Shown here piece after piece: positions 8,090 to 16,372 of a DNA stretch of 64,000 nucleotides. How positions within the stretch are numbered: position 1 is the first letter of the stretch; every line of letters begins with the position of its first letter. A model generated the notes under the pieces. It was not told the origin of the DNA, did not search any database, and saw only the letters and a list, made by a program, of their open reading frames with translations. Location: NCBI GenBank assembly GCA_963733955.1, contig CAVTEW010000003.1:1308322-1372321 (forward strand), given 5' to 3'. The translations under genes were made by a program, and so were the position numbers. This DNA is from an uncultured Acidobacteriota bacterium. Lineage in GTDB: Bacteria; Acidobacteriota; Thermoanaerobaculia; UBA5066; Gp7-AA6.

Positions 8090-9856
8090 ATGTCCAGGAA
8101 GGTGCCCTCGTCTCTGGCCCTTCTCCTCGGTGCCGGGTGGCTTTTCGCTCAATCGGCGAACGCCGACGTCATCGGTGTGATCGATACACCGAGCCAGAAC
8201 CAGACCGTCTCCGGCGTCGTGCGGGTCTCCGGCTTCGCGCTGGACTTCACCCCGATTTCCAAGATCGAGATCCTGGTAGACGGGGTCATCGTGAACCAGG
8301 CCGATCTGAACATTCCCCGGGCCGACGTCCTGGAGGTGTTCCCCAACTATGTCGGCAGCCCGACGAGCAACCCCGGCTTTCTCTCGTCGTTCCTGGCGCG
8401 CAACTATGGCGACGGCCTGCACTCCCTGACCGTCAAGGTCACCGAGTCGACCAACGCGGTCACGCTGCTGGGGCCGGTGTCGGTCAACATCGACAACAAC
8501 ATCAACCAGGCCCCCTTCGGCTACATCGACATTCCCGGGCCGACCGGCACGCAGGGCGCCAACGGGTCCTTTCCCGTGGCCGGCTGGGCCGTCGACGACC
8601 AGGACATCGACCACATCGACTTCTTAGTCGACGGTGAGGTGGTGGCCGGCGCGGTCGGCCGGGGAGAGCCCTCGAGCGCCGTCTTCGGTTCGCCCCGCCC
8701 GGACGTCTACGCCGCGTTCCCGGACTTTCCCGGGCCGGCGCCCAAGTCCTTGTTCTCCGGGTTCATCGCCAACATCGACACCACCCGGTTCCTGGACGGC
8801 CTGCACGTCATCACCGTGCGCGCCTTCGATAACCAGGGGCTCTCGAGCCAGATCGGAACGCGGACCGTCCAGGTGGAGAACAACGGGTCGAATCTGACGC
8901 CGTTCGGGCGCATCGATTTCCCGCTGGACAAGGCGTCGCTGCTCTGCTCGGCGCCGGCTCCGCCGTCCTGTCCCTCCCCGTGCACGCAGCCGCAGAGCAC
9001 CGATATCCCGAATCTGACCAAGGGATGGGCGCTCGACACGGGAGCCCGTCTGGATAAGGGCCAGGTCGCCTACGTCGAGCTCCTGATCGACGGCGCGATC
9101 ATCGCCAACACCCGGAGAGACTGCGTCCTCTCCAACAGCGTGTTCTACAACTGCTACGGGGTGAACCGCCCCGACGTCGCCCAGCTCTTCCCCGGCTACG
9201 TCAACGCGGACAACGCGGGCTTCAACTTCGTGTACTACTTCCGGCAGAATCCCGCGAGCGGGCAGTTCGACATCCTGATCCCGAACTCGACGCCGACGTC
9301 GTCCTTCACCCCGAACCTGACCGCCACGGGCAGCATCACCAGCGGCAAGCACACCATGGCCGTCCGCGTCGGCGACGACCACGAGACGGTCATCGAGCTC
9401 GGAGCGATGTCGTTCGACGTCGTCTGCGACCTGGTCACCGGCGACGTGCCGGCGATCGGCTACATCGACGGCCCGGCGCCCTACGAGTTCGTGCAGGGGA
9501 TCATTCCGGTCAACGGCTGGGCCTTCGACTTCAACGGCATTCACACCAACTCGAGCGGCGTGGTCAACGGAGTCGAAGTGGACATCGACGGGCAGGTGGT
9601 GGCTTCGGCGACCTACGGGATCTTCCGGCCCGACGTTCCGATCAACGATCCGCGGGTGGGAAGCAATCAGCACACCGGGTATCTCTACAACCTCGACACC
9701 ACCAAGCTGACCGACGGCGAGCACGAGGTCGTCATCTACGTGGTCGACTCCTCCGGCACGGTCAATCCGCCGCTGACCCCGCCGAGCCTCTTCCGACGCA
9801 CCGAGATCGGCCGGCGCAAGTTCGTGGTTCAGAACAACGTGCTGATCAACCACTAA
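8090..9856 (+). CDS. secreted protein with four tandem ~130-aa beta-sandwich-like repeats (family not assigned)
   Basis: GGAGG RBS 8 nt upstream of ATG 8090. Signal peptide MSRKVPSSLALLLGAGWLFAQSANA. Four repeats share G(Y/R)ID.P...GWA.D...I..(I/V)..VDG...RPDV..FP. Confidence 0.6.
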   Translation: MSRKVPSSLALLLGAGWLFAQSANADVIGVIDTPSQNQTVSGVVRVSGFALDFTPISKIEILVDGVIVNQADLNIPRADVLEVFPNYVGSPTSNPGFLSSFLARNYGDGLHSLTVKVTESTNAVTLLGPVSVNIDNNINQAPFGYIDIPGPTGTQGANGSFPVAGWAVDDQDIDHIDFLVDGEVVAGAVGRGEPSSAVFGSPRPDVYAAFPDFPGPAPKSLFSGFIANIDTTRFLDGLHVITVRAFDNQGLSSQIGTRTVQVENNGSNLTPFGRIDFPLDKASLLCSAPAPPSCPSPCTQPQSTDIPNLTKGWALDTGARLDKGQVAYVELLIDGAIIANTRRDCVLSNSVFYNCYGVNRPDVAQLFPGYVNADNAGFNFVYYFRQNPASGQFDILIPNSTPTSSFTPNLTATGSITSGKHTMAVRVGDDHETVIELGAMSFDVVCDLVTGDVPAIGYIDGPAPYEFVQGIIPVNGWAFDFNGIHTNSSGVVNGVEVDIDGQVVASATYGIFRPDVPINDPRVGSNQHTGYLYNLDTTKLTDGEHEVVIYVVDSSGTVNPPLTPPSLFRRTEIGRRKFVVQNNVLINH

Positions 9857-9892
9857 GCACTGAGCCTCGGGACAAACCTCAGTCCATCGCAA

Positions 9893-9924
9893 GGCCCGCC
9901 GAGAGGCGGGCCTTTTGTTTTTAT
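9893..9924 (+). terminator. rho-independent terminator of the 8090..9856 gene
   Basis: GGCCCGCC-GAGA-GGCGGGCC hairpin followed by TTTTGTTTTTAT. Confidence 0.8.
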
Positions 9925-10466
9925 CCCGGAGCGGCTTGGGCCGGGCGGCGGGTGGGCTAGCTGTGGTCCCTTGAGACGTCGTTCCTGTGGAAAGGCGCCC
10001 CGGCGTCGGGCCGCCTCCCTCATCGGCACGCTCCGGCCCGGCCGCTCGAGCGTGACCCGGGCCGTCGCTGAGACGCTCGTCGCAGTCTTTCCGGAGCGTC
10101 GGACTGACCCGTCCCTGCTCCGCGCTCATGGCTTTCGGCCGCGACATTGGCTTCGCCAACGGCGGCCGAGAGGTTCTAACCCGGGCCTGGCCGTCCGGGC
10201 CTACGCTCCGGTGCTGAAACCTCTCGGCGCCGGCCGCGTAGCGACCGCCGCGCCGAAAGTTTTTCCCGCCGGGACCTTCGAAATCGCGTTGGTCCGCGAA
10301 GGACGGGAGAGCCGGTGCGTTTCACTCGCGCTTGCGGCGATTTCGCATGCGGCGGGCTGGAAGAGATCGCCCCTGCCCGCGCCAGGCCCGCCGCGTGGTC
10401 CCAGGGGGAAGGCCGCAGGGCTGGAGCGCCTGACTGGCGTGAGGACAGTCTCTTGAAAAGAGCCGG

Positions 10467-11837
10467 CTAGCCGCCGGCCCGCTGCCGGCGGGCCCCGACC
10501 GCGTCGCGCAGCCGCCGCGCCCATCGGCCCCAGGGAGTCCCCGCGGGCAGGGCGCGGCGCGCCGCGGAGGCCAGGCCCGGCCGGCCCCGCTCCCAGAGAC
10601 TCCGGACGCGGTTTCGGAAACCGGGATGGCGCCGGGCCTCCTCCAGCGTCTCCGCCAGCTGCCGGTAGAACGCGTCGTCCCCGCGGAAATAGATGTTCTT
10701 CAGCCAGCAGGCGCCGTACTCCACGCACTGGGGGCGGATGATTCGGTGCCGCGCCGGATCGAACCGGGCTTGCTCGCCGGCCAAGAGCGCCTCGCGCTGC
10801 TCCTCACGAAGCCGCCGAAAGGCCGGGCCGTTCCAGTGGTCGGCGAACCGGCCGTCCAGGGCGTTGCCGAGCGGCTTGTAGTCGGGGAACATGAGGAGAC
10901 AGCAGGGATAGAGATCGCCGTTGCCGCGGATCGTCGCTGTGTACCAGCCGAAGAAACACTGCCCGTTCTGTTCTCGAAAGGACGGCGCGGTGGGGAAGAG
11001 CGCCGGCGGCGGGAGGGCGCCGATTTCGCGCCGGATCTCCTCCACCATGGCGTTCCAGGCGGGCACCGGAAAGAACATCTGGAGCAACCCGGCGTCCCGG
11101 TCGCGGCGCAGGACCTCTTCGAGCAGTGGCCGCAGCGCGTCTGCGTCCGACGGTCCGAGGAGGACGCCGCGGTCGAAGTGCTCCCCGGGAATGTCCAGCA
11201 CCAGGGCCACGGCCACGCGGTCGGCGCCGAGCGAGCGGCCGAGGTCGTACATCCTGGGCAGGTCGCCCACGTTGCGCCGGTCCAGGAGGAACTGGACGAC
11301 GACGGCCGGGTGGGCGCCTCCCGCCCGCAGGCCGGCCAGCCGCGCCACGTTCTCGACGACGCGGTCGAACACGGTCGGCTTGACCTGCATCATGCGCGCG
11401 TAGTCCTCGGCGTCGGCCGCGTTGACGGAGAAGACCACCTCGCGGGCCCGGTGGTCGACCAACCGGCGCGCGATGTCCGGCCCCAGGAGCGCCCCGTTGG
11501 TGGTCAGGTTGTCCACGACGACGCCGCGGGCCTGGAGATGGTCGAGGACGCGGCCGGCGTCGCGGTGGGCCAGCGGATCTCCGCCCCCCGAGAGCCGGAC
11601 CGAGCGGACTCCCGCCTGGGCCAGCTCGTCGATCAGCGCGGCCAGGTGATCGAAGGAGATCTGCTGCTTGGTGCGGACGTCCTGCTGGTTGCAGAAGTAG
11701 CAGGCCACGTTGCAGCGGTCGGTGATGTCCAGTTCCGCGTGGGACGGGCCGCGCGTGGCCCGTCCCGATCGGATGGCCCCGAGGATCTCGCGCTTGCGCT
11801 CGGCGTCGATCTCCGCCCAGCCGTGCGTGCCGCGCAT
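10467..11837 (-). CDS. radical SAM protein with SPASM/twitch-like C-terminal Cys clusters
   Basis: CNVACYFC (CxxxCxxC). C-terminal CFFGWYTATIRGNGDLYPCC and CVEYGACW motifs. Lies downstream of tatC on the same strand. Confidence 0.75.
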   Translation of the reverse strand: MRGTHGWAEIDAERKREILGAIRSGRATRGPSHAELDITDRCNVACYFCNQQDVRTKQQISFDHLAALIDELAQAGVRSVRLSGGGDPLAHRDAGRVLDHLQARGVVVDNLTTNGALLGPDIARRLVDHRAREVVFSVNAADAEDYARMMQVKPTVFDRVVENVARLAGLRAGGAHPAVVVQFLLDRRNVGDLPRMYDLGRSLGADRVAVALVLDIPGEHFDRGVLLGPSDADALRPLLEEVLRRDRDAGLLQMFFPVPAWNAMVEEIRREIGALPPPALFPTAPSFREQNGQCFFGWYTATIRGNGDLYPCCLLMFPDYKPLGNALDGRFADHWNGPAFRRLREEQREALLAGEQARFDPARHRIIRPQCVEYGACWLKNIYFRGDDAFYRQLAETLEEARRHPGFRNRVRSLWERGRPGLASAARRALPAGTPWGRWARRLRDAVGARRQRAGG

Positions 11838-11874
11838 CGGTCGATGATACGCCGCCGGCCGCGCGGGCGCTCCG

Positions 11875-12651
11875 CTAGGCGCGCTTGCGGAAGATCCAGG
11901 CGACGGCGATGCCGAGCAGGTAGAGCGCGATCATCGGCAGCGCGAAGACGCACTGCGTCGCGATGTCGGGAGTGGGCGTGATGATGGCCGCGATCACGAA
12001 GATCACCAGGACCGCGTACTTGAACTTGGAGAGCAGAAACTTCTCCGAGACCACGCCCATGCGGGCCAGGAAGAAGATGAGGATGGGCATCTCGAAACAG
12101 AGGCCCAGCCCCATGATGATCTTGGTGGCGGTGGAGAGGTACTCGTTGATGGTGATGACGGCATTGAAGTTCTTGCCGACGCCGACGAGGAAGCCGACCA
12201 CCACGGGGAAGGCCTCGTAGTAGCCGAAGGCGCAGCCGCCCAGGAAAAACACGACGCCCGCCGTGATGAACGGCAGGACGTACTTTTTCTCCTTGCGGTA
12301 CAGCGCCGGCGCGATGAAGAGCCAGACCTGCCAGAGGATGACCGGGGAGGACGCGATGATCGCGGCCAGCAGGGCCACCCGGAAGTACATCAGGAACGGC
12401 TCGGTCAGGGTCGTGTAGGAGAGGTTCTGCCCGGGGGGCAGGACGCGGCGCACCGGCTTGGCCAGGAACTCGAAGATCTGGGGGGCCCAGGCCCAGGCCA
12501 CGAAGAAGAGGCCGAAGACCGAAATCAGGCAGACGAAGATCCGCTTGCGAAGCTCTTCCAGGTGGTCGAAGAACCCCATCCGCGGAAGCTCTTCTTCCGA
12601 GGCGGGGTCCCTGGCCTCGTGCGTCAGGCGCCGGGGAAGAAGCTCGCTCAA
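11875..12651 (-). CDS. tatC: twin-arginine translocase subunit TatC
   Basis: Six-TM TatC pattern (FDHLEELRKRI...). Overlaps the tatA stop by 4 nt. Confidence 0.9.
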   Translation of the reverse strand: MSELLPRRLTHEARDPASEEELPRMGFFDHLEELRKRIFVCLISVFGLFFVAWAWAPQIFEFLAKPVRRVLPPGQNLSYTTLTEPFLMYFRVALLAAIIASSPVILWQVWLFIAPALYRKEKKYVLPFITAGVVFFLGGCAFGYYEAFPVVVGFLVGVGKNFNAVITINEYLSTATKIIMGLGLCFEMPILIFFLARMGVVSEKFLLSKFKYAVLVIFVIAAIITPTPDIATQCVFALPMIALYLLGIAVAWIFRKRA

Positions 12652-12956
12652 GCGGGAAGGGTGGGTCCCGTTTCCGGGTGCGTCGCGGGTCCTTCCGCGG
12701 TCGCCGGCGGGGCGGCCTCGACCGGTTTGGGTCCGGTCATCGATTGCGCGACCGTGTCCTTGACGCCGTTGGCCTCGGACTTGACCTGGTCCATTTCGTG
12801 CTCGATCGTCTTCTTCAGGTCGTCGGAGGCTCTCTTGAACTCGGACAGTCCCTTTCCGATGGACTTCCCGATTTCAGGCAGTTTCTTGGGCCCGAAGATG
12901 AGCAGCGCCAGGAGAAAAATCAGCATCAATTCGGGCATTCCGATGGAGCCGAACAT
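12648..12956 (-). CDS. tatA: twin-arginine translocase TatA/TatB-family protein
   Basis: MFGSIGMPELMLIFLLALLIFGPKKLPEIGKSIGKGLSEFKRA. Confidence 0.85.
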   Translation of the reverse strand: MFGSIGMPELMLIFLLALLIFGPKKLPEIGKSIGKGLSEFKRASDDLKKTIEHEMDQVKSEANGVKDTVAQSMTGPKPVEAAPPATAEGPATHPETGPTLPA

Positions 12957-13049
12957 GTTTCCTCCAGGGATGGATTCTACGCCGATCGCCGACGCCGCCT
13001 ACGACTTTCCCCCCGGCCGTGTCACAATGAAGGCCAGAGGAGGACTCCC

Positions 13050-14675
13050 GTGAGCCAGCCCCGTTCCCGAATCCTGATCGCGGTCGCCCTCGTGGCGGCG
13101 GCGACCCTCGTGGGAGGCACGGTCGGAAGCCGCCTCCTGGCCTCGCCCGAGCGCGACACCCCGTCTCTGGACGAGTACGCCGACATCCTGACGACCCTCA
13201 CGGAGTGGTCGCCGGAAGCCATCCCTCCGGAGAAGTTCGTGTACGCGTCGATCCACGGCATGCTGGCGCGCCTGGATCCGCACACCGCGTTCCTGGAGCC
13301 CGATGACTACGCGGCCATGCGGGAGAAGCAGCAGGGCTCGTTCTTCGGCTTGGGCATCCAGATTCAAAAGCGGATGGGCAAGATCACCGTCATCGCGCCG
13401 ATGGAGGGAACCCCCGCCTACAAGATGGGCGTCCGCGCCGGCGACATCATCAGCGCGATCGAGGGGGAGGAGATCAAGGACGACAGCTCCACCGACGAGG
13501 TGGTCAAGCGCCTGCGGGGGCCCAAGGGCACGAAGGTCACCATCACCCTGCGCCGCCCCGGCATCGACGAGCCGATCAACCTGACCATCACGCGGGCGGA
13601 GATCCCGACGCTCTCGGTTCCCTACGCGTTCCTGCTGGGGCCGGAGACCGGCTACATCCTCCTGCGCGACTTCACCCACACGTCCAGCCACGAGCTCACC
13701 GCGGCGATCGAGAAGCTCCAGAAACAGGGCATGAAGCGGCTGATGCTCGACCTGCGGGGCAACCCGGGCGGAGTCCTGGATCAGGCCGTGGACGTGTCCG
13801 ACGTGTTCCTGCCCAAGGGCTCCAAGGTCGTCTACACGCGCGGGCGGACGAACTCCTCCGCGCAGGACTACTTCGCGCCGGGCGAGGGCGTGCATTTCGA
13901 CCAGCCCCTGGTGGTCCTGGTGAACCGGGGCTCCGCGTCCGCGTCGGAGATCGTGGCCGGCGCCATCCAGGACCATGACCGCGGCCTCCTGGTCGGGCAG
14001 CGCAGCTGGGGCAAGGGCCTGGTCCAGAGCGTCTACACCCTCCCCTACGGAGCGGGCCTGGCCCTGACGACCGCGCGCTACTACACGCCCTCGGGGCGGT
14101 GGATCCAGCGCGACTACAGCGACCTTCTGGCCTACGTCAATCCGACCGATCCCGACGCCGGGGACGCGGAGACGGGCGAGGAGGCGCGCAAGAGCGGCCA
14201 GCCCTTCTATACCGACGCCGGCCGGGTCGTGTATGCGGCCGGAGGGATCACTCCCGACGTCCTGGTCAAGAACAACCTCGGGGACTCCAAGCTCCTGTCC
14301 CAGCTCCTGGCCCGGAGCCTCTTCTTCAACTTCGGCATCGACTATCTCGCGCGGCACCGGGACATTCCCCCGGAGTTCCAGGTCACTCCGGCGCTGCGCG
14401 ACGAGTTCTTCCATTTCGTCGAGAAGTCGGGCTACCTGACCGCCGAGGAGCTGCAGCGCCAGTATCAGGAGGATCCCAATCGCAATCTCATCGACCTGGC
14501 CACGCGGGTCGAGATCGTCAACTCCAAGTTCGGCCTGGAAGCGGGCCGGCGCGTGCAGGTCAGCGGCGATCTCCAGGTCCAGAAGGCCATGACGCTCTTC
14601 AGCGAAGCGGCGCGCATCGCGGCGCTGCCCAAGAAGTCCAACACCGCGCAGCGCGGGACCAAGTCGGGGGTCTAG
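13050..14675 (+). CDS. ctpA: S41 family C-terminal processing peptidase
   Basis: GAGGAGG RBS then GTG 13050. PDZ domain plus LDLRGNPGG...RGSASASE catalytic core. The annotated ORF 12678..14675 over-extends the N-terminus. Confidence 0.85.
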   Translation: MSQPRSRILIAVALVAAATLVGGTVGSRLLASPERDTPSLDEYADILTTLTEWSPEAIPPEKFVYASIHGMLARLDPHTAFLEPDDYAAMREKQQGSFFGLGIQIQKRMGKITVIAPMEGTPAYKMGVRAGDIISAIEGEEIKDDSSTDEVVKRLRGPKGTKVTITLRRPGIDEPINLTITRAEIPTLSVPYAFLLGPETGYILLRDFTHTSSHELTAAIEKLQKQGMKRLMLDLRGNPGGVLDQAVDVSDVFLPKGSKVVYTRGRTNSSAQDYFAPGEGVHFDQPLVVLVNRGSASASEIVAGAIQDHDRGLLVGQRSWGKGLVQSVYTLPYGAGLALTTARYYTPSGRWIQRDYSDLLAYVNPTDPDAGDAETGEEARKSGQPFYTDAGRVVYAAGGITPDVLVKNNLGDSKLLSQLLARSLFFNFGIDYLARHRDIPPEFQVTPALRDEFFHFVEKSGYLTAEELQRQYQEDPNRNLIDLATRVEIVNSKFGLEAGRRVQVSGDLQVQKAMTLFSEAARIAALPKKSNTAQRGTKSGV

Positions 14676-14739
14676 GACACGCTACGGTCCGAGTCGAGGG
14701 TCCGAGTCGAAGGGTCCGGGGTCGAAGGGACCTCGGACT

Positions 14740-15264
14740 TCAGGACCTCGGACTTCGGCTCCTCTCGTTGCGTTCCAGCACCATCTCGATGAATTCCCTG
14801 GCGGCTCCGCCGCCGCCGCACCGCTCGAGCACGCAGTCGGCCGCGGCCAGCGCCGCCGGCGTGGAGTCGGCCGGGCAGGCGGAGAAGCCGGCGGCTTCCA
14901 GCAGCGCAACGTCCGGCTCGTCGTCGCCGATGGCCGCCGTCTCCGACGGGTCGACCTTCCAGCGGCGGCACAGCGCTTCGTAGCGGACCAGCTTGTCCCG
15001 GATGCCCTGGAGGCAGACGTGCACGCCGAGGTCCCGCGCCCGGGCGTCCGTCGCCGGCGAGGTGCGTCCGGAGATCCAGGCCACCTTGAGCCCGCGCGCG
15101 ATCGCCTTGCGCATCCCGTGGCCGTCCTTGGTGTCGAAGACCTTGAACTCCTGGCCGTCTCCGGCGAGGTAGATCCGCCCGTCGGTCAGGACGCCGTCGA
15201 CGTCGAAGAACAAGGCCCGGATGATTTGCGATTTGCGATTTGTGATTTGTGATTTCGGCTTCAT
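14740..15264 (-). CDS. kdsC: 3-deoxy-D-manno-octulosonate 8-phosphate phosphatase (HAD family)
   Basis: FFDVDGVLTDGRIY HAD motif I. ATG at MKPKSQ; the N-terminus is encoded by heptamer repeats. Confidence 0.8.
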   Translation of the reverse strand: MKPKSQITNRKSQIIRALFFDVDGVLTDGRIYLAGDGQEFKVFDTKDGHGMRKAIARGLKVAWISGRTSPATDARARDLGVHVCLQGIRDKLVRYEALCRRWKVDPSETAAIGDDEPDVALLEAAGFSACPADSTPAALAAADCVLERCGGGGAAREFIEMVLERNERSRSPRS

Positions 15265-15306
15265 TGGAACCTCAAGTCGCAAATCTCAAATCTCGAATCA
15301 CAAATG
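15223..15306. repeat. tandem GATTTGY heptamers (encoding the kdsC N-terminus) plus an inverted GCAAATC/TCAAATC array immediately upstream
   Basis: GATTTGCGATTTGCGATTTGTGATTTGTGATTTCGGCTTCATTGGAACCTCAAGTCGCAAATCTCAAATCTCGAATCACAAATG. Confidence 0.85.
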
Positions 15307-15308
15307 CG

Positions 15309-16265
15309 TCAGCTGATTCCCGCCGAGAGCAGGTCGTGGAGATGGAGCGCGCCGACTAACCGCCCGCGGCCGTCCACCACGAAGAGCGACGTGATCTTGG
15401 CGTCTTCCATGGCCGCCAGCGCCGTGGAGGCGAAAGTCTCCGCGTCGGCGGTGCGGGGGTTCGCGTGCAGGCAATCCCCCGCGGACCGGGCCAGGAGGGC
15501 CACGTCGTTCTCGATCATCCGCCGCAGGTCCCCGTCGGAGATGACGCCCACGAGCTCCCCGGCCGGGCCGACCACCGCCGTGATGCCCATCATCTTGCGG
15601 GACATCTCGTGAATGGCCTCGGGCATGGGGGTTTCGCGCGAGACTTTCGGGACGCGCTCGCCCGTTCGCATCAGGTCCTTGACCTTGAGGAACCGCCGGC
15701 CGAGCTCCCCTCCCGGATGGAGGGCCGCGAAGTCCGCCTCTCCGAATCCCTTCCGTTCGGAGAGGACCATGGCCAGGGCGTCGCCCACGGCCAGCATGGC
15801 CGTCGTCGAGGCCGTCGGAGCCAGGTTGAGCGGGCAGGCCTCTCGGGAGATGGCGACGGAAAGGACGCGGTCCGCGGCGCGGGCCACCGAGGAGCCGGGC
15901 ACGCCGGTCATCGCGAGAGTGCGGATCCCGCGGCCGCGCGCGAATTCCAAGAGACGCACCACCTCGGCCGTCTCGCCGGAATAAGAGAGCGCCAGCACCG
16001 CGTCGCCTTCCATCAGCATCCCCAGGTCGCCGTGCGACGCTTCGGCCGCGTGCAGGTAGAAGGCCGGAGTTCCCGTCGAGGCGAGGGTGGCGGCGACCTT
16101 CTGGGCGATCAGTCCCGATTTGCCCAGGCCGGTGACGCACAGCCGGCCCCGGCAGGCGGCGATGTCTTCGACGGCCCCGGCGAACTCGGGGCCGAGGTTC
16201 CGGATCTGCTCCCGGATCGAGTCGGCCTCGATCTCCAGGACCTTGCGGGCCGTTTCGAGAATCAC
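15309..16265 (-). CDS. kdsD: arabinose-5-phosphate isomerase (SIS + CBS domains)
   Basis: SIS motif GLGKSGLIAQKVAATLASTGTPAFYLHAAEASHGDLG followed by tandem CBS domains. Confidence 0.9.
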   Translation of the reverse strand: MILETARKVLEIEADSIREQIRNLGPEFAGAVEDIAACRGRLCVTGLGKSGLIAQKVAATLASTGTPAFYLHAAEASHGDLGMLMEGDAVLALSYSGETAEVVRLLEFARGRGIRTLAMTGVPGSSVARAADRVLSVAISREACPLNLAPTASTTAMLAVGDALAMVLSERKGFGEADFAALHPGGELGRRFLKVKDLMRTGERVPKVSRETPMPEAIHEMSRKMMGITAVVGPAGELVGVISDGDLRRMIENDVALLARSAGDCLHANPRTADAETFASTALAAMEDAKITSLFVVDGRGRLVGALHLHDLLSAGIS

Positions 16266-16372
16266 GCGCGTATGTTATTCGAGAGGCCTGTTTCGAGGGA
16301 CGCCCCCGAAACCCGGCGCCCCGGAAGCCGTATGAGCGCACAAGAAACCGACGGCGTCGAGAAGGAGGAGCC

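Noticed and set aside
9925-10466. RNase P, SRP or tmRNA in the long intergenic region
   Set aside because: Conserved boxes (GGAAAGTCCGG, ACAGAA-CCGGCTTA and so on) were not found on either strand by eye. Left as an open possibility only.
12999-14414. 471-aa minus-strand ORF antisense to ctpA
   Set aside because: Antisense artefact. ctpA motifs are clear on the plus strand.
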